Of a stretch of DNA of 46,968 nucleotides, positions 1-5,612 are shown in pieces; positions within the stretch are counted from its first letter, which is position 1; each line of letters starts with the position of its first letter. The notes beneath the pieces were generated by a model, which ran no database searches, had not been told where the DNA came from, and saw only the letters and a program-made list of their open reading frames with translations. Source of the stretch: a virus. The translations under genes were made by a program, and so were the position numbers. The stretch spans positions 1 to 46,968 of IMG/VR virus record IMGVR_UViG_3300034069_000691. One strand, given 5' to 3'.

Positions 1-141
1 ACGGTCTCGTGGTGCAGGAGGGTGAGGTCGAAGCTGGCGTTGTAGGCCAGCACCGGGACGCCGTCGGTGACCGCGGAGGTGAGCGCGTCGACGATCTCGG
101 TGACGCACTCGGCGGGTGGCCGGCCGTGGGTGATGGCTTGG
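1..141. repeat. Terminal direct repeat, identical to 46828..46968 (assembly overlap of a circular or permuted molecule)
   Basis: Base-by-base comparison of the window start and end. Confidence 0.95.
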
Positions 142-341
142 TCGTCGCTGATGCCGTGCACGGCGGTGGCTTCGGCGGGGATGGGGACGCCGGGGTTGAT
201 CAGCCACGAGGTGACGACCGGCTCGCAGCCTGGCGTGAGCAGCACGGTGGTCGCGGTGACGATCCTGTCGACGTCGACCGCGGTCCCCGTTGTTTCCGTA
301 TCCACCGCGAGGAACGGGCCGTCGAACCACTGGCCGGTCAC
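1..341 (-). CDS. DnaQ-like 3'-5' exonuclease, N-terminal part (joins 46458..46827 across the circular junction; 236 aa in total)
   Basis: My translation reads VTGQWFDGPFLAVDTETTG... (ExoI DxE). The GTG at 339-341 overlaps the upstream stop as GTGA. The frame continues seamlessly into LAYNASFDL at the window end. Confidence 0.85.
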   Translation of the reverse strand, partial: MTGQWFDGPFLAVDTETTGTAVDVDRIVTATTVLLTPGCEPVVTSWLINPGVPIPAEATAVHGISDDQAITHGRPPAECVTEIVDALTSAVTDGVPVLAYNASFDLTLLHHET

Positions 342-646
342 GACTGACCACCGGTGCACGCCGGGCACTCCTCGACGCTGCCGTCGTGGAGCTGCCATGC
401 CTCGCGTCCGCCGCAGCGGGCACAGGGCGCGTCGGGCTCGATCTCGGACGCCGGGACCTGGATGGTGGTCTCGCCCCAGCACTCGTGGCAGGTGGTCTTG
501 TGCCCGCTGGTGCCGTGGGCGTAGGCGCGCCCGGGGGTCTCGACGCAGTTGGGGCAGGGGATGGTGACGAGGTCACCGATCTCCTGGGCGAGCAGCCCGG
601 TGAGCAGCGGCGGGGCGTCGAAGACGACGCGGAGGTCGGCGGTCAC
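338..646 (-). CDS. Hypothetical Cys-rich (zinc-ribbon-like) protein, 102 aa
   Basis: Track ORF with GTGA overlaps at both ends. It contains four CxxC pairs (CPNC, CHEC, CARC, CPAC). Confidence 0.7.
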   Translation of the reverse strand: MTADLRVVFDAPPLLTGLLAQEIGDLVTIPCPNCVETPGRAYAHGTSGHKTTCHECWGETTIQVPASEIEPDAPCARCGGREAWQLHDGSVEECPACTGGQS

Positions 647-984
647 GACTGGTCCGCCTTGTCAGCGGCGGCCCGCAGAGCAGCGATGACCTCGGTAGCG
701 GTGCGACCTGGGGTGTCGTTGAACTGCACGAGCGAGCCGCCGGCCACGGTCTCGCTGGCCAACCACTTCGCGTCATCCCACCGGCGGTAGGTCTCCTGGA
801 CCATGCGGTAGCTCAGGTCGCTCATCTGGCTGGGACGCCTGAACTTGCCCTCACTGGCAACGAACAGCAGGGCCCCCGAGGCGCACAGGCACCCGTCGTC
901 GTTGGCGTACTCGTACTGGGTCCAGCCCTCCTGCTCCAGCACGTCGGCTGCTGCCCGCAGGTCGGCTGCGGTCTGAGCGCTCAC
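643..984 (-). CDS. Hypothetical protein, 113 aa
   Basis: The GTG at 982-984 overlaps the upstream stop (GTGA). The 5' part of the 138-aa track ORF is Arg/His-rich and was trimmed. Confidence 0.65.
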   Translation of the reverse strand: MSAQTAADLRAAADVLEQEGWTQYEYANDDGCLCASGALLFVASEGKFRRPSQMSDLSYRMVQETYRRWDDAKWLASETVAGGSLVQFNDTPGRTATEVIAALRAAADKADQS

Positions 985-1241
985 GCGGTCACCTCGGCGG
1001 TGTCCACGATGCGGGGGATGCGGACCGTGTCGGCGGTGGCCAGCTGCTGCTCGAACCACGCCGCCGTGTGCTCGGCGACAGGCTTGCCCAGCAGCTGGGC
1101 AACGCTCACGGCCTGCGGGCCGGGCCGGTCGTCGGCGTGACGCCCGGGCGGTGGGACCGGCTGGGGCTTGAGGCGGCCCGAGACGATCAGGCCAGCGATG
1201 GTGGGGTGCTGGACGCGGGGGTAGGTGAGAGGATCGGTCAC
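981..1241 (-). CDS. Hypothetical protein, 86 aa
   Basis: The GTG at 1239-1241 is preceded by GGAG. The long Arg/Pro-rich 5' extension of the track ORF was trimmed. Confidence 0.55.
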   Translation of the reverse strand: MTDPLTYPRVQHPTIAGLIVSGRLKPQPVPPPGRHADDRPGPQAVSVAQLLGKPVAEHTAAWFEQQLATADTVRIPRIVDTAEVTA

Positions 1242-1318
1242 GGTGCTGCTCCGGTTCTGTGATGGGTTGGAGTGGTGCTTGGCGGCGGGCTCGTAGGCGC
1301 GGGCTCGCCGTCGTTGGT

Positions 1319-1438
1319 TCAGGGGAGGGCGACGGCCCGGCGGACCGCGGCGTCCAGCCAGCGGCGGACGATCACGCCGGCGAAGCACAGGCCCCAGCCG
1401 GCGCAGGTGACGGCGGCGATCAGTTGCCCGGGGCGCAT
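1319..1438 (-). CDS. Small hydrophobic peptide, 39 aa (below the track cutoff)
   Basis: Translates as MRPGQLIAAVTCAGWGLCFAGVIVRRWLDAAVRRAVALP. Its ATG overlaps the upstream stop (TGATG). Nearly all third codon positions are G/C. Confidence 0.4.
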   Translation of the reverse strand: MRPGQLIAAVTCAGWGLCFAGVIVRRWLDAAVRRAVALP

Positions 1439-1644
1439 CACGATGCCCATCCGTCGAGGTAGTCGGATTCATCCGGGCCGTCGATTGACCGGGGGTCCTG
1501 GGCGGTGGCGAGCTGGTGCCTCGCGGTCGGGTTCGGGCCGAAGGGCAGCGCCGACTCGATCTTGCTTCCGCAGAGGAGGCAGCGGCCCTGCACGTCGGTC
1601 CGGCCGTGGATGCCGTAGACGGAAGCCGTGCATGGCCGACTCAC
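1438..1644 (-). CDS. Hypothetical protein, 68 aa
   Basis: Track ORF. The GTG start overlaps the upstream stop (GTGA at 1641-1644). Confidence 0.55.
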   Translation of the reverse strand: MSRPCTASVYGIHGRTDVQGRCLLCGSKIESALPFGPNPTARHQLATAQDPRSIDGPDESDYLDGWAS

Positions 1645-1874
1645 GCGGCGCCCCCGAACGACTGCTGCGCGATGCCGACACCGACCAGGACCAGGGCGAC
1701 CAGCAGGACGGTGAAGGCGCCGTGCGCGGCGCGGGTGGCGTGCTGCCCGGCGCGGGGGTCCAAGCGGGCGGGGCGATGACCCTCGCGCTCGTCGGCGATA
1801 CGGACACCGCGGCTGATGACGAGGCCAGTGACGGTGCCGACCAGGAGCCAGGCGGTGCCGATGGCGGCGATCAC
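1641..1874 (-). CDS. Small membrane protein (two hydrophobic segments), 77 aa
   Basis: The GTG at 1872-1874 overlaps the stop of the HTH gene (GTGA). Hydrophobic stretches are VIAAIGTAWLLVGTVTGLVI and FTVLLVALVLVGVGI. Confidence 0.6.
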   Translation of the reverse strand: MIAAIGTAWLLVGTVTGLVISRGVRIADEREGHRPARLDPRAGQHATRAAHGAFTVLLVALVLVGVGIAQQSFGGAA

Positions 1875-2083
1875 GCGACGGCCTGCGCTTCGAGTCGGTC
1901 GCAGTACTCGTCGAGGGACTTGCGGGTGATGCCGGGCTTGCGCCGGATGCCGGTGCTGGACAGGTCGACCTCGACGAGCTGGCCGGCGATCACCTTGTTG
2001 CGGATCTCGGTGCGGGAGAGGCCGAGGATCGCAGCGGCGTCCTTGTGGGACAGGTAGCGGGACTCGATGCGGGTGTCGGACAC
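1871..2083 (-). CDS. Excisionase/MerR-type HTH DNA-binding protein (Cro- or Xis-like), 70 aa
   Basis: The GTG at 2081-2083 lies 6 nt after AAGGAG. The HTH-like segment is YLSHKDAAAILGLSRTEIRNKVIAGQL. The gene is divergent from the repressor. Confidence 0.7.
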   Translation of the reverse strand: MSDTRIESRYLSHKDAAAILGLSRTEIRNKVIAGQLVEVDLSSTGIRRKPGITRKSLDEYCDRLEAQAVA

Positions 2084-2272
2084 GTGTACTCCTTTCGTGT
2101 GAACGGTGATCAGTGAGACAGTTGACAGTCGCGGGTTTGTGGGACGTTGCGGCTGTCGTGACACGCCCCGTCGCGCCCGCTGGTCTGCGTTGACCGGCCT
2201 CGTTGCTTGTCAAGGTAGACAGTAGACGGCCGAGACGGCAGAGCGCAACCCCGACACCCCTAGGATTTGTCC
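2084..2272. promoter_or_regulatory. Divergent immunity/early control region with GACAG-type repeats
   Basis: It lies between divergent HTH genes. TAGGAT (2261-2266) sits 6 nt before the repressor GTG. Repeats occur at 2115-2128 and 2207-2229. Confidence 0.6.
2207..2222 (+). promoter_or_regulatory. 16-bp quasi-palindromic site TTGTCAAGGTAGACAG (candidate operator)
   Basis: 13 of 16 positions are invariant with the sites at 4248..4263 and 40027..40042 (complement). Confidence 0.5.
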
Positions 2273-2695
2273 GTGACCGACGACGCTTCCCCAGTCAACG
2301 CACTGCAGCGACTCGTGCTCACCCGGCTCGCCGAGCTCGGAACGCCCGGCGAGCCGATGTCCGTTCGGGAGGCGGCGCGCCGAGTCGACGGGCAGGTGTC
2401 GCACGCGACGCTCGCGAACATCGCCAGCGGCCAGCACTCGGGCAACCTTCGCCCGCGCGTCGCTGAAGCACTCGCGTCGGCGCTGCAGGTGCCGGTAGTC
2501 CAGGTGTACGACGCGGCGGGCCAGCCGCGGCCTGAAGGGGAGTGGGTGTTGCCCCCTCGGTTCAACCAGCTGACGCACCGTCAACGGCAAGTAGTCGAAG
2601 AGGTAGCCGACGCGCTGCTCGCCGCCGACGCCCGCGGCTACGAGCGAGCCAAAGACGAGGGGCAGTCGAACATCCGTTCGATAACGAAACGCTGA
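2273..2695 (+). CDS. XRE/CI-like immunity repressor, 140 aa
   Basis: The HTH is MSVREAARRVDGQVSHATLANIASG. The gene is divergent from the early operon and adjacent to the integrase block. The GTG start appears leaderless. Confidence 0.75.
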   Translation: MTDDASPVNALQRLVLTRLAELGTPGEPMSVREAARRVDGQVSHATLANIASGQHSGNLRPRVAEALASALQVPVVQVYDAAGQPRPEGEWVLPPRFNQLTHRQRQVVEEVADALLAADARGYERAKDEGQSNIRSITKR

Positions 2696-2734
2696 CGAGG
2701 TGGTCCCTGTCAGAGGTCTCGGCTAGCTTCCAAG

Positions 2735-2748
2735 GTGTTCTAGAACAC
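2735..2748. promoter_or_regulatory. Perfect 14-bp palindrome GTGTTCTAGAACAC
   Basis: Read directly from the sequence. It lies in the 77-nt gap upstream of the 61-aa ORF. Confidence 0.4.
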
Positions 2749-2772
2749 AGGACACACACAACGGGGGAAGCG

Positions 2773-2958
2773 TTGACCACGCCAAAGATCATTGTTCTCG
2801 ACCTTCCGCACGACCGGCGCTGGCTCTGGTACAAGGACCTTCAGATCCTCGCGCTCGACACATCCCTAAACGCCGCAGACAGCGAAGCTGCCGTCGACGA
2901 GTTCCTCTCCGAGTCCCGCCGCAGCCTCGTCACACAGCTCGACCGCCCGGCCGTCTAG
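2773..2958 (+). CDS. Hypothetical protein, 61 aa (TTG start)
   Basis: GGGGGAAG lies upstream of the TTG at 2773. Translates as MTTPKIIVLDLPHDRRWLWYKDLQILALDTSL.... It sits between the repressor and the integrase. Confidence 0.45.
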   Translation: MTTPKIIVLDLPHDRRWLWYKDLQILALDTSLNAADSEAAVDEFLSESRRSLVTQLDRPAV

Positions 2959-2997
2959 CCTCACCGTCCCGGCCACAGTCGACAGAGGGGACTTCCC

Positions 2998-4158
2998 ATG
3001 GCCGCGATCCGCAAGCTGCCATCCGGGCGGTGGCAAGCAACGGTCAGACACCCAGCCGGACACCGCCTCACCAAGTCCGACCCGCTCAAACGCATCGTCC
3101 AAGCCTGGGCCGCGCAGACCGAGACACAGCTACGCAACGGCGAGATCGTCGCCGAACGAGGCCGCGGCGTCACCGTGCAGCAGTGGCACGACAGGTGGAT
3201 CGCGGCACGCCGAGTGGAGAAGACCACCGCCCACGAAGAGCGGCTACGCCTGGCCGCATACATCCTCCCGCGGTGGGGGACGTGGCCCCTCCGGCAAATC
3301 GGGCGTATCGACGTCCAGACCTGGATAGCCGACCTGGCCAAGGAACGCGGTCCGCACGTCACCTACGGCTGCTACATGCTGTTCTCCAAGATGCTCGGCG
3401 ACGCGGAGCTCGAGGGGCTGATACCCGCCACCCCGTGCCGAGCGATCGAACTCCCAAAGATCATCAAGCCCGCGCCACGGTGGCTCACCCGCACCGAGTA
3501 CAGCCGACTGCTCGACGCCATGCGCGGGAAAACGGTGCGAACCCGCACCCGGCATGTGCCCGACCCGATGGCCGCGCAGTGGGAAGCAATGGTCGCCGTC
3601 GCCTGCCACTCCGGGCTGCGCTCCGGTGAACTCTCCGGACTCGACGTGTCCGCCGTCGACTTCGACCGCGGCCTGATCCGCGTCGACCAGGTCATGACCC
3701 GGTTCGGCCTACGCGACTACCCCAAGTCCGACTCCTCCCGCCGATCGGTGCCGGTCCACCCCGACGCGCTGGCCATGCTGTGGCGGGTCGTCGCCGACCG
3801 GCCCAGCGACGCCCCGGTGTTCCAAGCCCCACGAGGCGGCCGGCTGCACCAGGGCAACTTCCTCAAGACCGTGTGGCACCCGGCGCTGGTGGAGGCAGGC
3901 ATCGAGCCCGTGCGGGCCTACGTCACCCGGCACACATTCGCCTCATGGTTGATCCAAGACGGGGTGCCGCGATGGGACATCGCCCAAGCCCTCGGGCACC
4001 GGACGACGGCCTTCGTGGACCGGTACGCGTTCCTGGAGCCGGACGCGCACGCACGCATCCGCGCGACGTGGTCTCGAGCTGGCGACGCACCGGCGACGCA
4101 TGGCGTCCCCCAGCCGGGTGAACTTCCCGGCGTAATCCCAGGTCAGAACACGAAGTGA
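2998..4158 (+). CDS. int: Tyrosine integrase (phage integrase family), 386 aa
   Basis: The N-terminus is MAAIRKLPSGRWQATVRHP.... The catalytic region shows HSGLRSGEL, TRHTFASW and LGH...VDRYA. Confidence 0.95.
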   Translation: MAAIRKLPSGRWQATVRHPAGHRLTKSDPLKRIVQAWAAQTETQLRNGEIVAERGRGVTVQQWHDRWIAARRVEKTTAHEERLRLAAYILPRWGTWPLRQIGRIDVQTWIADLAKERGPHVTYGCYMLFSKMLGDAELEGLIPATPCRAIELPKIIKPAPRWLTRTEYSRLLDAMRGKTVRTRTRHVPDPMAAQWEAMVAVACHSGLRSGELSGLDVSAVDFDRGLIRVDQVMTRFGLRDYPKSDSSRRSVPVHPDALAMLWRVVADRPSDAPVFQAPRGGRLHQGNFLKTVWHPALVEAGIEPVRAYVTRHTFASWLIQDGVPRWDIAQALGHRTTAFVDRYAFLEPDAHARIRATWSRAGDAPATHGVPQPGELPGVIPGQNTK

Positions 4159-4175
4159 GGGAGCCCAAGTGAGGG
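4153..4175 (+). repeat. Tandem direct repeat AAGTGAGGG x2 (14-bp period); candidate integrase arm-type site
   Basis: Copies at 4153-4161 and 4167-4175, overlapping the int stop codon. Confidence 0.5.
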
Positions 4176-4247
4176 TCAGCGACACGGCCGACCTGTGTGT
4201 GCCGCGTGCGTCTGACCTGCACGTTTGTGCCTGAGCTGCAGTGGAGC

Positions 4248-4263
4248 CTGTCAAAGTAGACAG
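4248..4263 (+). promoter_or_regulatory. 16-bp site CTGTCAAAGTAGACAG inside the perfect inverted repeat CCTGTC-N6-GACAGG (4247..4264)
   Basis: Same motif family as 2207..2222 and 40027..40042. Confidence 0.5.
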
Positions 4264-4286
4264 GCGACGACTGTGTGGGTTCGGTA

Positions 4287-4306
4287 GTGACGCACCGGTG
4301 ACGCAC
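4287..4306 (+). repeat. Tandem direct repeat GTGACGCAC x2 (11-bp period)
   Basis: Copies at 4287-4295 and 4298-4306, followed by a partial third copy, TGACGTAGAC. Confidence 0.5.
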
Positions 4307-4345
4307 GGCCTGACGTAGACGCCCACGTGCCGCTACTGTGCGCGC

Positions 4346-4906
4346 ATGAAGCACGGGGTAGCGGTATTGGCGTTGGGTCTCCTAGTTGCAGGTTGCGGTG
4401 CTGAGCAGGCGCCCGCAGCGCAGCCGGCCGCCGCCACGACGTCGGAGCAGACCAGCGCCCCGACTACGACCCGGCCGGCGCCTACGACAACGGCCGCGCC
4501 GTACACGATGGACGCGGCGTCCGAAGCTGCGTTCGTGGCGCAGGTGACGGCACAGACGTTCACCGCGAACGAGGAGCTGTTCTCCGACCAGCTGGTCAAG
4601 TCCAACACCCTGGTCGAGGCGCAAACCGACTTCCGCTTCGACACGCCCAGCCGCACCCTTGTACTGGCCGTCTCGTCGACTTTCAGCGGCGACAACTACC
4701 TGACGGATCTGGCCTACAGCCTGACGTCGAACTTTGCCCCAGTGTTCTGGGGCGACTCGGTGCCCGACACCATCCGCCCCGAGTCGCTTCCGCTGTTCTC
4801 CGTCGCGGTCGACGGAACGTCGTTCGTATGCCAGCCAGCTGCGATGCAGGCCCTAGCCGACCGCGAGCTCAGCCAGGACATGTTCGCCGAGCAGTGCGCC
4901 GCCTAA
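4346..4906 (+). CDS. Secreted lipoprotein, 186 aa (lysogeny-side moron)
   Basis: The signal peptide and lipobox read MKHGVAVLALGLLVAGC, followed by an Ala/Thr/Pro-rich linker. TACTGT lies 6 nt upstream of the ATG, which suggests a leaderless mRNA. Confidence 0.8.
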   Translation: MKHGVAVLALGLLVAGCGAEQAPAAQPAAATTSEQTSAPTTTRPAPTTTAAPYTMDAASEAAFVAQVTAQTFTANEELFSDQLVKSNTLVEAQTDFRFDTPSRTLVLAVSSTFSGDNYLTDLAYSLTSNFAPVFWGDSVPDTIRPESLPLFSVAVDGTSFVCQPAAMQALADRELSQDMFAEQCAA

Positions 4907-4923
4907 CCTCCAGATAACGCCGA

Positions 4924-4958
4924 AAGCCCCCACCCGCCGCGATGGCAGATGGGGGCTT
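4924..4958. terminator. Bidirectional hairpin between convergent genes
   Basis: AAGCCCCCA-17 nt-TGGGGGCTT forms a 9-bp stem. Confidence 0.65.
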
Positions 4959-4971
4959 CGTGCTGTGCAGG

Positions 4972-5274
4972 TCAGTCGTGGATGACCGTGGCGGTGTCTC
5001 GGATGGTCTTCCCGTCGGCGGTCACGAGGGACGCGACCAGCTCGTAGGTGTCCGGTGGCAGGTGGACATCAAGCCTGCCGGCGACCACCTCGGCTTCGAC
5101 GGGTGCCGGTGGGATGACCGTGTTGCCGTCCTCGTGCCGGGTCTGTCCGGTGATGCGCACGGTGCCGGTCATGGGCCGGCCGAGTGCGTCGCGGTAGGTG
5201 CGGCGTAGGCAGTGCGCGCCGTCGAGCTCGGTGGGGGTGGGCCAGGGCTGCGGGAGGGCGTCGTCGGGCATCAC
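4972..5274 (-). CDS. Hypothetical protein, 100 aa (last gene of the late strand)
   Basis: Track ORF. Its GTG/ATG start overlaps the upstream stop. Confidence 0.65.
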   Translation of the reverse strand: MMPDDALPQPWPTPTELDGAHCLRRTYRDALGRPMTGTVRITGQTRHEDGNTVIPPAPVEAEVVAGRLDVHLPPDTYELVASLVTADGKTIRDTATVIHD

Positions 5275-5603
5275 TCACCGTCCAGGTCGGCGAGCACGTC
5301 GACGGTGTGGTAGCTGGTGGTGGGGAACGTCTGCTTGCGGTTGCCGGACCACACGACTTCCCATTCGGCCTGGAACTGGCCGGGTGCGTTGGTGTCGACG
5401 GCGGCCCAGTCGTAGCGCACGACCCCGCTGGCGGCGCTGACGATGGTCGCTGCTGCGTCGACCTTGACGGCGCCACCATTGAGGGCCCGCATGATGAATG
5501 TGACCGCGGTGGCTGACGTGAGGTCGACGGGTGACCCCCCGCTGCCCAGCGTCGCCTGAATCGACGGCAACCTGTCGTGGCTTTTGATCGTGAAGTCCGC
5601 CAT
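5271..5603 (-). CDS. Hypothetical tail-fibre-associated protein, 110 aa
   Basis: Track ORF directly downstream of the large fibre gene. The function is inferred from position only. Confidence 0.6.
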   Translation of the reverse strand: MADFTIKSHDRLPSIQATLGSGGSPVDLTSATAVTFIMRALNGGAVKVDAAATIVSAASGVVRYDWAAVDTNAPGQFQAEWEVVWSGNRKQTFPTTSYHTVDVLADLDGE

Positions 5604-5612
5604 GTGCGCCCC

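Noticed and set aside
1-141. The terminal repeats as attL/attR, LTRs or true terminal redundancy.
   Set aside because: The repeat lies inside one continuous exonuclease ORF, and no host DNA flanks it. It is best explained as circular assembly overlap. Physical terminal redundancy cannot be judged from sequence alone.
2267-2272. A TTG start (2267) for the repressor, as given by the ORF track.
   Set aside because: That TTG abuts the TAGGAT -10-like hexamer. The GTG at 2273 sits at the expected leaderless start distance. The difference is only two codons.
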